From the IMG/VR virus record IMGVR_UViG_3300017756_003602, positions 1 to 55,648 of that record: a DNA stretch of 55,648 nucleotides; one strand, 5' to 3'. The DNA is from a virus (taxonomy: Duplodnaviria > Caudoviricetes). The translations under genes were made by a program, and so were the position numbers. This document shows positions 45,261 to 55,648 of the stretch, one piece after another (the stretch's first letter is position 1; each line of letters opens with the position of its first letter). Below the pieces are notes generated by a model. It was given only the letters and a program-made list of their open reading frames with translations. It was not told where the DNA came from and searched no databases.

Positions 45261-46570
45261 TGAGTATCGTTGATGGTTTTCGCCAAGGCTTCGGCATGAT
45301 GAGTCAATACTATGACCAGCAAGACGCCAAGAAATACCGACAAGAACAGCTTGGCTTACAACGCCGCCGCATGAACATGGCTGAAGAAAGTCATAATGCC
45401 AATATGGAGGCAGCAGGGCTAAATACACAGATATTGCAAAACCAAGTAAACGATTTGCCAGCGGCAAACAAATATCGTGATGAGACTCGCGGTCTTTCTC
45501 TAGACAACCAAAAAGCAGGGCTGGATGCCAAGAGAATGCAAACTCAGGTAGCAGGCCAAAACCTTTCAAACGCAAAGGCGTTAGGAGGTTATCAGGCTGA
45601 AGATAGAAAAAATCAGGTTGCAAAAGAGCGCTTTAATGCTTACGTAGCTGCAAAAGATATGGTTGGCTTTGCTACTGACCCCATCTTTAAAGACACTAAC
45701 ATTGGCCCACTTCAAAACGTGAAAGGTATTGACGCAGCAATAAAAGGAGCTGAAGCGCTGGAAAAAAGAGACTTTAAAACAGCAATTGAGCAAGCCAATA
45801 TTCTGTTTAGTTCAAAACTGAATCGCAATGCAGGAAAGATGGAAGGGCGTGATGGCGGTACGATACAAAACATTAAAATCATTGATGTGGTTGAGCAGCC
45901 AGACGGACTCTACAAAGTTCCAGTATGGGTTACAACCGATGGGCCAAGTGGCGGCTATAATTCATTTTTAAGTGAGCAGCGCGGTATTGACCCTGATGAT
46001 CCAGATAAGGTATTTACGGGGGAAGACCTGTTTGGCACAGTGGCCGCAGCAGGTTCGCTGGCTAGCATGATGAAAGCATCTGGCATTTATGATCAGATGC
46101 TGGCTAACGCTAATCGCTATTTAGCGCCACAGGGCGGCAGAGGTAACGGCATACCTGCCGAAGTGCAAAGTGTTGCTATGCTTTCTAAAATGACCGGCAT
46201 CTCGCCAGAAGAGCTTGTGAGAGCAAAGTACTTCTCTCAAAAAGATCCAAGCGGCGCGACACTGCAAAAGATGGCAATTGAATTGGCCCAAAAAGATCCT
46301 CGCTTATCTGGTTATGGGAAAAAGCCTGGACCTGAAGAAATGAGCAATATAATCGGTGAGTATCGAAACATGCTGCTGCAGTCTGATCAAAATGAAACTG
46401 GGCAAAGCGGCACACCTCAACCGAATCCAGCGCCAAACCCTAACCAATATTCCCAAGTGTTACAGCAAGCAGTTGCGGCAATTCAAAGCGGTAAAGATCG
46501 CAATGCTGTCATTCAACGCCTAGAAGAAATGGGCGTTCCTCAAGACCTAATTAAGCAAAGTAATCTGTAG
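45260..46570 (+). CDS. DNA ejection protein
   Basis: GFRQGF N-terminus, coiled coil, QAVAAIQSGKDRNAVIQRLEEMGV C-terminus. Confidence 0.6.
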   Translation: MSIVDGFRQGFGMMSQYYDQQDAKKYRQEQLGLQRRRMNMAEESHNANMEAAGLNTQILQNQVNDLPAANKYRDETRGLSLDNQKAGLDAKRMQTQVAGQNLSNAKALGGYQAEDRKNQVAKERFNAYVAAKDMVGFATDPIFKDTNIGPLQNVKGIDAAIKGAEALEKRDFKTAIEQANILFSSKLNRNAGKMEGRDGGTIQNIKIIDVVEQPDGLYKVPVWVTTDGPSGGYNSFLSEQRGIDPDDPDKVFTGEDLFGTVAAAGSLASMMKASGIYDQMLANANRYLAPQGGRGNGIPAEVQSVAMLSKMTGISPEELVRAKYFSQKDPSGATLQKMAIELAQKDPRLSGYGKKPGPEEMSNIIGEYRNMLLQSDQNETGQSGTPQPNPAPNPNQYSQVLQQAVAAIQSGKDRNAVIQRLEEMGVPQDLIKQSNL

Positions 46571-46577
46571 GTATTAA

Positions 46578-49500
46578 ATGGCTATTGACCCGAACAACCC
46601 ATTTGCTGATCTTCCTGATAACCAGAACGACCCGTTTGCAGACTTGCCCGATGCGCAACAAAGCGAGTCGGGTATTATGCCGGCGCTTGGTGCTGGTATC
46701 GATAAAATGCAGGAACTTGGCTACCGTGCTGTAAAAGGCTTTACTGATGTTGGTGTGCCACAAGAAGAGCAAACCAATGCTTTAGGTCGCGCCATTGGTC
46801 AAGGTGGTTCGCTTTCTCGTTGGGCAGATGAAGGTATTGCGCGAAACATTGAAGAGCAAAAAGCCTATACGCCAAGTGTTGCATCCTATAAAGATATTGA
46901 TTCTATTGGGGATGCTGCAAGCTATGTAGGTGAAATGACCGCACAGTCAGTGCCAATGATGGCAACAGCGTTGAGCCCTGCAGGTCTATTTGCAATGGGT
47001 GGCGGTTTATCGAATGAAGCTTATGAAGCGCAGCCAGAAGATAACAAACAGCCGTGGCGAGCAACCGCTTCAGGCTTTGGTCAAGCAGGCTTAGAGCGCT
47101 TAGGTGTTGAAACCGCCATAGGGCGTGTGTTCGGTGGTGAAGGTAAGCAGTTCGCTAAGCGTGTTGGTCAATCCATGCTGGGTGAAGGTACTACAGAAAC
47201 TGGTCAAGAAGCGTTAGCGCAGTGGGGTTCAGGCAAATCGCTGGATGAAATTGAAAACCTTGATGAAGCGTTTGTGGGTGGCGCATTAGTGGGCGGTACT
47301 ATTCGCACCGGTACAGAAGCTGGTAAAGCGGCTTATGATAAATACCGCGGCGAAAGACCTGAGCTTAGCGACATTGAAGAAACCGACCTAACTCAAAGTG
47401 CGTCCAGTGCTGAAAGTGTAATTCCTGACCCATTTGCAGATATAGGACCAGCGCAAGACCAAGAAGTAACTGGTAACGAAATTGAAATTATACCTGGTGA
47501 AACCGCAGGTGATTCGCAACCTAATTGGAAATACGGTAAAAATGATGATACGGCATACCCGTATCGCGGCCAAATAACACCATATACTTTCACTGGTGAA
47601 TATGAGCAGTATCGTGAAACACCTAACTCCGTTCCCGTTGGTGCAGCATTAGAAGCACCTATTATTGATGGCGAGTTTGAACAGCCACGCGGCTTGCCTA
47701 ATCGCGCTGATACTATTATTGGTGAAGACGGTAGGCCAATGCAGCAGGCGCAAGAGTTTGCTGACAATGTTGGTCAAGCATCAAATAGAGCATTGCCTTT
47801 TGATGATGTTATCTACGCTGAAGATAAGCGCGACATTCAAGTTAAACGAAACGGTGAGCCGTTTGGTGGACGCCGCGCAGCAGAATTAACCAAAGAGTTT
47901 CGCCAAGCTAAAGAGCAAGGTTTGAACCCACAGGTTATTAGAGTGAATGGCGGTTATGGTTGGGTGACTGATGGCGAGCAACAAGTTACGGCGCCAGAAA
48001 ATGTAGCGCAGCAAACGCAACCTACTATCACAACCAAACCAGCACAAAAACGTGATGCACCTAAGAAATCAAATCGCACCAAAGTTTACACACCAAATGG
48101 CAGAGAGCTTGAAGTCGAATACGCTATTGTGGACGCTGATCAACTTGTTACCTCTAACACTGATGATGGTCGCGTAAACCCTGATTACCCACAAACACTA
48201 CAGCCACGTGATAGAACGCGTGCTTCCTCTGAAATTCAGATTAACAGCATTGCTAATAACTTAAACCCTGCCTTGTTGGGCGAGAGTGCTACAACTGGTG
48301 ATGGTGCGCCTATCATTAGTGATAGTGGTATTGTTGAAAGTGGTAACGGGCGAAGCCTGGCATTAAAGCGTGCGTATCAAAACGGCAAAGCGGATAAATA
48401 CCGAAGCGCACTTATCGAACAGGGCTATGATGTATCTGGCTTTGAAAAACCTGTTCTAGCGCGTATTCGCCGCACACAGATGAACGATCAAGACTTGGTT
48501 GATTACACTAAGGAAAGTAACGAGCGCAGCACACTTTCACTTAGCGCATCAGAAACGGCAAAGGCTGACGCTAAAGCAATTGGCAATATCATTGCAGACT
48601 TTAAAGGCGGCGATATATCCTCAGCAAGTAACCGTGATTTTGTTCGTAAGTTTATGCAAGGCGCAGTAAGCCAGTCTGAACAAGCAAGCATGATTGACAA
48701 GCAAGGTATGCTTTCACAGGACGGACGCCGCCGCGTAGAAGCTGCAATGATTGCTAATGCGTATGAGAATGCAGAGTTAGTAAACGACTTGTTTGAAAGT
48801 TCTGATAACGACATTAAATCTATCGGTGGTGCATTGCTTGACGCGTCAGGCGATTGGGCCAAGATGCGAGCAGCCAAGAAAGCAGGCGCAACGCAAGACG
48901 ATGTTGATATTACGACAAACGTTATTGATGCGGTTAACCTGGTGCGCCGTTCTCGCGCTGAAGGTAAGAAGCTGAGTGAAATGGTATCGCAAACTGATTT
49001 GTTTGCCGGTGACATTGACCCTACAACAAAAGTCGTTCTTGGTATATTCTATGGTGGTGAAAACTTCACCAAGCCGCGCAGCCGACAACGCGTAAAAGAA
49101 GCATTAAGCCGTTACGCTGAACTAGCCAGTAACACAAAAGGCGGCGATGATTTGTTTGGTGGTGAGTTAGAAACCGTCAAACCCGAACAACTTTTAGGTA
49201 AGGCAAATGAAGCCAATGAACAAACAGACCAGCAAGCAGAAGCCCAAACAAGCTTACTCGACCAAGACCCTCAACCTACTGGGCAAAGTGGCACAGGAGA
49301 TCGGGGAGAAGGACAACGACCCGCAGTTGGTGGAAATGGGCAAACAGGCGCAGAAAGCCAAGTAACCGTCATTGATGCAGCCGCTAACGCTGCGGCTACT
49401 TCTCCTACCAATAATCTACCCGAACCCACCGAAGCACAAAAAGAAGCTGGCAACTATAAGAAAGGTAAAGTCCGTCTTCATGGCCTAGATATTTCCATTG

Positions 49501-52500
49501 AAAACCCGAAAGGCTCTACCCGTAAAGGTAAAGACCAAGATGGTAAAGAATGGTCCTCAGAAATGAAGCACCACTATGGAGATATCAAAGGCACTACCGG
49601 TGCTGATGGTGACTCTATTGACGTGTTTATAGGCGATAATCCCGAAAGCCAGAAAGTATTTATTGTCGATCAGATAGACCCGAAAACTGGTGAATTTGAT
49701 GAAGTCAAAGTGATGATGGGTTTTGATGATGCTGAAAAAGCTAAGTCGGGCTACCTTTCAAACTATGACAAAGATTGGAAGGGCTTAGGAGAAATTACCG
49801 AAGCGTCAGTGGAAGACTTCAAGGCGTGGACTAAGCGCCCTCGCAAATCTAAGCAGCCTTATGCCCTGCCAGTTAAGCCGAAGAAAGAAGAGGCGGCGGC
49901 AAAAGACCAAGAGGACTGGGGCAAGAAGATAACCACTGCTAGAAAAAACATATCAGTTCGCTGGAATGAAAATTCTACCGATGAAGAGATCAGCAGTAAG
50001 CCGCTAAGCAAAACATGGCCTGAAAATGAATTTGATGATGTTGGCGATACTTTTGCATCAGCATTTGCTTTTGCGGCTCGTGGCGAAATACCACGTAAGC
50101 CAAATCAGTCATATAAAAAGCAACGCTGGGTAGAGAAAGTAAAAAGCTATCGCCAGTTAGTTAAAGACAATGTAGTTGATGGTTTGCTTACTGGGAAGAT
50201 AACTAAAGAAAAGCTGAAGGAATTAGGTGGTAAAAGAAACCTTCAGGATTTTTTTGCAAAAGTAGAATTGCTTAGTGAACTTGATCGCAACTACTGGGGC
50301 AAAGTAGAGCGCGTACAGTCTTACCCTGACGCCATGGAATTTAACCCTAAAACAGACAAGCTAGATATTCCTAAACCAACAACCTATGTGCGAATTAACG
50401 GCAGAAACCGCGAGTTTAATACTATTGACCCTAAAGCTTTAGCAGAGCAAATCATGCCGTTCCTTGATGAAAAGGTTGATAAGCCTCAGATGAAATTTGA
50501 GGTGCGCGGCAGGAAGGGCAGTTACTTTATCAATAAGAAGGGTGATCCAGAATACACAAGGCTTGCCACATTCGATTCAAGCAAAGAAGCTTTTGACTTC
50601 ATAAAAAACAACAATAGCAAGTTGGTAGAGTCTTGGGAGTCGCACAAGGCTAGAGTGAATGTAACTAAAGCCGACATTCGCAACAAAGTTAACAAGCCTC
50701 GTACCGGTGAAGATTACCGCAATGGGAAAAACGCTACCGCTGAAGACTTCCAAAATACGTTTGGTATTAAGCGAGGCACCTTTGGTAAGTGGGTGAAGCA
50801 AGGCAAAGAGCGTCAAGACATGCTTAATGGTACGTATGACGCACTAATGGACTTGGCTAACATAACTGGCGTACCGCCTAGAGCATTGAGCCTTGAAGGT
50901 AAGCTAGGTTTTGCTTTTGGTGCTAATGGTCGCGGTAAAGCTATGGCGCATTATGAGCCAGGCGAAGTAGTAATAAACCTCACCAAAACCAAAGGCGCAG
51001 GCTCACTTGCGCATGAATGGTTCCACGCACTAGATAACTATTTTCAAAAGAAACGCGATACATTGCCGACCACAGAAAAAGGCAACTTCATTACGCATAA
51101 CCCTGAAACCTATTACATTGGCCCTAGAGGTTATTCCGTTCCTGAGAGTCGCTTTAAAGACATGCGCGGCATTAATAAAAATGAATGGCGTAGGGTAGAA
51201 GGTGTGCGCCCCGAAGTTGCCGTATCATTTAAAAACCTTGTTGATACGCTGAATGGATTGGACTTCGCGAAACGCTCTAGCCGATTAGATAAAGGAAAGG
51301 CCGGCGGCTATTGGTCAAGCAATTTAGAAATGGCAGCGCGAGCATTTGAAAGTTATGTAAAAGCTAAGATGAACGCTAACGGTTATGACAATGATTTCTT
51401 AGCTAATGTCACAAGTGCCACAGATTTTGTGCGCGATGATAGCCGATACCCTTATATAAAGGCTGATGAAATTGCAGAAGTGGAAGCGGCTTTCGATGAT
51501 CTTTTTAATACCATTGAAAGCAAAGAAAGTGACAATGGTGATGTTGCATTATTTTCGGTTGCTGGCACTGTCACTGGTGACACCAACACGCGTACCGTCA
51601 GCCGTTCTAATGCAAATGAAATCGTCAGTCGATTCGTTAAGGGGCTTACTACTGCGGGTAAGAATTACGTTTCTGTTGTTTCTTCTTATGATGATCTTCC
51701 TACAGAAATAAAAGATGCAGCAAAAGCCCAGGGCGTAGAGTATCAAGTAAAAGGCGTATTCCATAAAGGCAAAGTCCATGTGGTTTTAGACCAGCATACC
51801 AGCGCACTTGATATGGAAACAACGCTTTTCCATGAGGCTTATGGTCACTTAGGAATTAAAAACCTATTTGGCGATGACATTACCAAAAAGCTCAACTCAC
51901 TATTTATTGCTAACGGTGGCCTAAAAGGATTACGCGAAACGGCTAAACGCCACGGCATTAACCTAGAAAAATACATCAAAGGTTTAGACAAAACCAATAT
52001 GCCGCAGGAAATGAAAAACCGCGTACTTATGGATGAACTTCTAGCGCACCTGCAGCAAAGCAATAAGCCATCTGTTAAACGTTTAGCGCGTGAGATAGTA
52101 GGCATGGTTCGCGATAAGTTGCGCAAGCTTGGTTTGCCTGGGCTTTCAAAAGTTACCGATAGTGATTTATTTTACACACTCAAAAAAGCTAGGAATGCGG
52201 CTAGAAAAGGCGATACACAAAATGGTGACCCACGATTTATGCTTGACGATAAAGGTGCAAGTGTAGACAGCGAAATGAGTTCAGAGCCTACTTCATTTCG
52301 TGTTGGGGAAGAAGGCAACCAATCTGAAAACAAGTTAATGGAAAGCGCTAAGCAAAAATTGGGACTTAAGGAAAACGAAGCAAAGTCAATTGTCAGCAAA
52401 GTAAAAGAAGCATGGGAGGACGTTAATTATACCGAAGCAAAAAATCGGGTTAAGGAGGGTTTGTTCGACTCTCTTTATGGGATTAAAAAAGCAGAAGATG

Positions 52501-54905
52501 CTCAGAACGTCTCGCTTGAAAAATCAGGTTACGTTTCAGCAAGGCTTGCACAAGGTGTTGGTGATGTTATTCACGCCACTATGTTTTACGGTTCACCTGA
52601 GTGGCGTGATGGAATTGTGCAAAAAAAGGAGGGCACAAAGGGGCTGCTAGATATCTTTAGTCAATTAGATTCAAGTGAATTAAATGATTGGCTCGCTTGG
52701 ATGGGGGGTAACCGTGCCAATGTGTTGATGAAGCAGAGTAGAGAAAATAACCTGAACAAATCTGAGATCGAGGAACTACAAAGCCTAAACATTGGTAGAG
52801 AAGAATTATTCAACAAGGTTAAAGAAGAATATAACGCTGCAAATTCGGCTGTACTTAAGCTTGCTATCGATTCAGGATTGCTTGATAGCGACGTAATGAA
52901 TAAATTTGAGTCTGAGTGGTATGTTCCTTTCTTCCGAGCAGAGGATCCAACTGATATAAATGAAGTCATCAAGGGGCCTACATCACCAAATGGTATAGCA
53001 AATGCCTCAGCACAAATTAAAACGTTGAAGGGTGGGGAGCAATCTACGAAAGATATTTTACAAAATATCCTTCAAAGACAAGCAACGCTTATCGACGCAT
53101 CGATGAAAAACAAAGCTATGCTAGAAGTAGCTGGTAATCTAGACGGCACACCTTTCATGAAAAAGGTGAAGCTGAACAAAATACAGATTGATGCCATCAC
53201 AAAGAAAAGACTTGCTAAGAAAGCTACGCCGTATGTCAGTGTAAACGAAAATGGTGAAACTCAATGGTATGAAGTTCTGGAACCTTCCCTGTTGAGGGCG
53301 CTCATGCAATTAAACGTAAAGCGCAGCGATAACCCACTTATGAAATTAAGTCGCGCAGCAAAGCGCTACTTAACGACAGGCGTTACACTTTCCCCTACAT
53401 TCATCATAAGAAACTACTTGAGGGATGGTGTTCATGGATGGATGATAAATAAAGATAAATTTGTTTTTGGCTTAGACTCCGTAAAAGGGGCGGTAAAAAC
53501 ATGGAAAAAAGATCAATCCACTATAGATCTCATGTTTGCAGGAGCATCGTTTCAGGGCGGCTATGTTCATGCTAATGACCCTGAACAAGGAGCGCAGCAA
53601 ATTAGAAGGGCTCTGAGAAAGAAAGGGTTGAGTGAAAGTGCAATTAGTAAATATATGGCTAGCATACCCAAAGGGGCTGGGCAGTTCTTCGAGAAATACC
53701 GAGACTTCTCCGACTCTATGGAAAATGCAAACCGAGTATCTACATACGACGCTTCCTTAAAAGCTAATAAATCCAAAAAGCAATCAGCGTTTGAGGCTAG
53801 AGACTTTATGGATTTTGGTTTGCAAGGAAATTTCTCTGCAATGCAATTCCTGACCGATGTAATCCCATTTTTAAACGCTAGAATGCAAGGCCTTTATAAA
53901 CTCTACAGATCTGGAAAAGCTGGAGAGGGTGAGTCATTTGCAAAAGTACTTAGTAAAGAATTGGCTATAAAAGGAATGTACGTTGCTAGCTTCTCACTTG
54001 CGTTAGCACTTTATAATATGGACGACGAGCGCTATGAAGAATTGCCCGACTGGGACAAGGATGCAAATTGGCATTTCTTCAACGGTGAAACTCATATACG
54101 AATCCCTAAACCCTTTGAATTGGGCGTGATATTTGGAACTGTACCAGAACGTTTGTTCATGCGAACCATGGGGAAACAAAACAACAAAGACTTAGAAAGG
54201 TCTATGACGCACGCAGTAACTTCTACTCTTGCTATGAACCCGTTTCCTCAAATCATAAAGCCCGGCTTTGAAGTTTGGGCTAACTACGACTTTTTCAGCG
54301 GTAGACCTATTGATAGCTTTTCCGATCAATTCAAGCGCCCTCAAGATAGATACTCAATGTATACCACTGAAAGTGCTAAGGCGATAGGTGATGCTTTGGG
54401 TGTAAGCCCTCAGCGTGTAGAGCATTTAGTGAGGGGGTACGCCGGCACTTTAGGATCTTATGTATTAACTTCTGCCGATATTATAGGTAATAGTTTTGCT
54501 ACGGCCACGGGTAAAGGTGAGTTCAAGATAAATGAATTTGATGATCTTTCGCTTATAAGAGCATTTGTTAAGACCGGTGAAGTTGGCGGCACCTATTACG
54601 GTGAGCAGTTTTACGATACTTTACAGGAAATAAACAGCCTTCATAAACAGTACGTAAACGCGAATCAGGAGCAAGATGAAGAAGCAGCGGAAGAGATACT
54701 GGAAGAAGGGTTGAGCAAGCTTCAATTTCGAAGCATGTTCAATAAAGCGCAAGCTCATCTTAATAAATTAAACCATCAAAAGAACATTATCTGGAAAGAT
54801 AAAAGCATCTCTCTTAAAGAAAGAGAAAAAATAATTGACGATATAAGTAGAGAAAAAAATGCAGTTTACAGATCAGTAATCTTGGAGTATCGGAAAGCAA
54901 ACTAA
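46578..54905 (+). CDS. Giant polyvalent virion protein (DdrB-ParB-like, InPase-like, LPD5/LPD1-like, HExxH peptidase-like, LPD38-like)
   Basis: LQPRDR...GAPI...VESGNGR; EAGNYKKG...IENPKGS.R...HYG.I.GT.GADGD.IDVF; GAGSLAHEWFHALD...EMAARAFE; FHEAYGH; LPDWDKD.NW...IPKPFELG. Confidence 0.85.
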   Translation: MAIDPNNPFADLPDNQNDPFADLPDAQQSESGIMPALGAGIDKMQELGYRAVKGFTDVGVPQEEQTNALGRAIGQGGSLSRWADEGIARNIEEQKAYTPSVASYKDIDSIGDAASYVGEMTAQSVPMMATALSPAGLFAMGGGLSNEAYEAQPEDNKQPWRATASGFGQAGLERLGVETAIGRVFGGEGKQFAKRVGQSMLGEGTTETGQEALAQWGSGKSLDEIENLDEAFVGGALVGGTIRTGTEAGKAAYDKYRGERPELSDIEETDLTQSASSAESVIPDPFADIGPAQDQEVTGNEIEIIPGETAGDSQPNWKYGKNDDTAYPYRGQITPYTFTGEYEQYRETPNSVPVGAALEAPIIDGEFEQPRGLPNRADTIIGEDGRPMQQAQEFADNVGQASNRALPFDDVIYAEDKRDIQVKRNGEPFGGRRAAELTKEFRQAKEQGLNPQVIRVNGGYGWVTDGEQQVTAPENVAQQTQPTITTKPAQKRDAPKKSNRTKVYTPNGRELEVEYAIVDADQLVTSNTDDGRVNPDYPQTLQPRDRTRASSEIQINSIANNLNPALLGESATTGDGAPIISDSGIVESGNGRSLALKRAYQNGKADKYRSALIEQGYDVSGFEKPVLARIRRTQMNDQDLVDYTKESNERSTLSLSASETAKADAKAIGNIIADFKGGDISSASNRDFVRKFMQGAVSQSEQASMIDKQGMLSQDGRRRVEAAMIANAYENAELVNDLFESSDNDIKSIGGALLDASGDWAKMRAAKKAGATQDDVDITTNVIDAVNLVRRSRAEGKKLSEMVSQTDLFAGDIDPTTKVVLGIFYGGENFTKPRSRQRVKEALSRYAELASNTKGGDDLFGGELETVKPEQLLGKANEANEQTDQQAEAQTSLLDQDPQPTGQSGTGDRGEGQRPAVGGNGQTGAESQVTVIDAAANAAATSPTNNLPEPTEAQKEAGNYKKGKVRLHGLDISIENPKGSTRKGKDQDGKEWSSEMKHHYGDIKGTTGADGDSIDVFIGDNPESQKVFIVDQIDPKTGEFDEVKVMMGFDDAEKAKSGYLSNYDKDWKGLGEITEASVEDFKAWTKRPRKSKQPYALPVKPKKEEAAAKDQEDWGKKITTARKNISVRWNENSTDEEISSKPLSKTWPENEFDDVGDTFASAFAFAARGEIPRKPNQSYKKQRWVEKVKSYRQLVKDNVVDGLLTGKITKEKLKELGGKRNLQDFFAKVELLSELDRNYWGKVERVQSYPDAMEFNPKTDKLDIPKPTTYVRINGRNREFNTIDPKALAEQIMPFLDEKVDKPQMKFEVRGRKGSYFINKKGDPEYTRLATFDSSKEAFDFIKNNNSKLVESWESHKARVNVTKADIRNKVNKPRTGEDYRNGKNATAEDFQNTFGIKRGTFGKWVKQGKERQDMLNGTYDALMDLANITGVPPRALSLEGKLGFAFGANGRGKAMAHYEPGEVVINLTKTKGAGSLAHEWFHALDNYFQKKRDTLPTTEKGNFITHNPETYYIGPRGYSVPESRFKDMRGINKNEWRRVEGVRPEVAVSFKNLVDTLNGLDFAKRSSRLDKGKAGGYWSSNLEMAARAFESYVKAKMNANGYDNDFLANVTSATDFVRDDSRYPYIKADEIAEVEAAFDDLFNTIESKESDNGDVALFSVAGTVTGDTNTRTVSRSNANEIVSRFVKGLTTAGKNYVSVVSSYDDLPTEIKDAAKAQGVEYQVKGVFHKGKVHVVLDQHTSALDMETTLFHEAYGHLGIKNLFGDDITKKLNSLFIANGGLKGLRETAKRHGINLEKYIKGLDKTNMPQEMKNRVLMDELLAHLQQSNKPSVKRLAREIVGMVRDKLRKLGLPGLSKVTDSDLFYTLKKARNAARKGDTQNGDPRFMLDDKGASVDSEMSSEPTSFRVGEEGNQSENKLMESAKQKLGLKENEAKSIVSKVKEAWEDVNYTEAKNRVKEGLFDSLYGIKKAEDAQNVSLEKSGYVSARLAQGVGDVIHATMFYGSPEWRDGIVQKKEGTKGLLDIFSQLDSSELNDWLAWMGGNRANVLMKQSRENNLNKSEIEELQSLNIGREELFNKVKEEYNAANSAVLKLAIDSGLLDSDVMNKFESEWYVPFFRAEDPTDINEVIKGPTSPNGIANASAQIKTLKGGEQSTKDILQNILQRQATLIDASMKNKAMLEVAGNLDGTPFMKKVKLNKIQIDAITKKRLAKKATPYVSVNENGETQWYEVLEPSLLRALMQLNVKRSDNPLMKLSRAAKRYLTTGVTLSPTFIIRNYLRDGVHGWMINKDKFVFGLDSVKGAVKTWKKDQSTIDLMFAGASFQGGYVHANDPEQGAQQIRRALRKKGLSESAISKYMASIPKGAGQFFEKYRDFSDSMENANRVSTYDASLKANKSKKQSAFEARDFMDFGLQGNFSAMQFLTDVIPFLNARMQGLYKLYRSGKAGEGESFAKVLSKELAIKGMYVASFSLALALYNMDDERYEELPDWDKDANWHFFNGETHIRIPKPFELGVIFGTVPERLFMRTMGKQNNKDLERSMTHAVTSTLAMNPFPQIIKPGFEVWANYDFFSGRPIDSFSDQFKRPQDRYSMYTTESAKAIGDALGVSPQRVEHLVRGYAGTLGSYVLTSADIIGNSFATATGKGEFKINEFDDLSLIRAFVKTGEVGGTYYGEQFYDTLQEINSLHKQYVNANQEQDEEAAEEILEEGLSKLQFRSMFNKAQAHLNKLNHQKNIIWKDKSISLKEREKIIDDISREKNAVYRSVILEYRKAN

Positions 54906-54906
54906 G

Positions 54907-55122
54907 TTAGTGAAACTGTGCAGCTATACCTATAATAAAAAGAAAAAAGTACGCCCACCCTAGATTTGTTGCTTCATCGTTTTTAGAATTCCTAAAAACA
55001 TGGGAAAGAGCAAAAAAACAAATCACTCCAATTGTAAGTGCTAAAGCAATACTGAACTTTGCAATTAAGGTGCAAATTAAAACGAGAACAAGTAAGCTTG
55101 TTAGTAGCATTTTACTCTTCAA
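54907..55122 (-). CDS. Small membrane protein (moron)
   Basis: Two to three TM helices, AT-rich, convergent with giant gene. Confidence 0.55.
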   Translation of the reverse strand: MKSKMLLTSLLVLVLICTLIAKFSIALALTIGVICFFALSHVFRNSKNDEATNLGWAYFFLFIIGIAAQFH

Positions 55123-55210
55123 AAAAGTGTCATTTGAGGTTTGGAACTGTACACCATTTGCACTTTATATTGCAAAGTAAACCGTACCATAAAAAGTTAA
55201 AGGAATAGCA

Positions 55211-55648
55211 ATGAAAATTGTAGTGCTAGCACTTCCACTATTACTCACAGGCTGTGTAATAAATCTTGATGGCCAAAGTAAGCAAGAGCCTACTGGCGAA
55301 TACCAATGGGTAAACGATAAAGCCTTTGCTTCACACAATAATGGTGAATTGTCATTTGAGGAAGTTGATCACCTATTTGTTGTGGCTAAAAGCGAATGTA
55401 CTATTGAGTCAAATAAAATTCCAATCCCACCCCCTTCATGCACTCAGCCACCACAGCAAGATTGCTCTAAAATGTCTGGTGCTGCACTCGGTTTCTGTCA
55501 AAGTGGTGCTATGAGCTCGAGACAAAATTGTAATTACAGTTCAGTGAATGCAGCATATCGAGCGCAAGACGAAGTATTTAAAAGTTGCATGACGTTGAAA
55601 GGGTGGAAAGAAAAGTGGTTTCCATTCGATCAAACCGCAGAAGACTAA
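55211..55648 (+). CDS. Cys-rich lipoprotein (moron)
   Basis: AAGGA SD; signal peptide with lipobox LLLTGC; six further Cys; ends FKSCMTLKGW. Confidence 0.75.
   Translation: MKIVVLALPLLLTGCVINLDGQSKQEPTGEYQWVNDKAFASHNNGELSFEEVDHLFVVAKSECTIESNKIPIPPPSCTQPPQQDCSKMSGAALGFCQSGAMSSRQNCNYSSVNAAYRAQDEVFKSCMTLKGWKEKWFPFDQTAED

Larger units (their letters stand above)
1..55648. mobile_element. Temperate phage/prophage with lambdoid early region and podovirus-type morphogenesis module
   Basis: Integrase, xis, cI/cro, O-like initiator, nin genes, lysis, terminase, portal, capsid, ejection proteins in canonical order; no sheath or tape-measure gene; no obvious disrupted core genes. Confidence 0.96.

Overview
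The whole window is one apparently intact temperate phage/prophage. It runs from the integrase stop codon (nt 1) to the stop of a terminal lipoprotein gene (nt 55648); att sites are not visible. The early region is lambdoid. The leftward pL operon carries a tyrosine integrase, xis, many small genes, an RdgC-FtsK-gamma fusion, YqaJ exonuclease, Bet/RecT and two LuxR-HTH genes. The cI/cro switch has five readable TAAG-N4-CTTA operators. The rightward pR operon carries RHH proteins, a ~650-nt structured non-coding block, an oop-like antisense unit, a T5orf172/GIY-YIG nuclease, an O-like initiator with iterons, an MT-A70 methyltransferase, NinB, NinG and a probable Q. The late region is podovirus-type: M15 endolysin, two holin-like genes, TerS/TerL, portal, scaffold, capsid, adaptors, four large fibre/spike proteins, ejection proteins and a 2775-aa polyvalent protein. 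The host is probably a marine gammaproteobacterium (inference). The most notable unexplained signals are: (1) the structured RNA cluster at 14085-14705, with two related 18-20 bp stems enclosing different inserts and a pseudoknot-capable GNRA-rich domain; (2) a duplicated Q-type promoter/pause/terminator module placed in front of the ejection-protein genes; (3) direct repeats that package small genes as cassettes; (4) unusual domain fusions. All family assignments are by motif recognition and synteny; no database searches were run.
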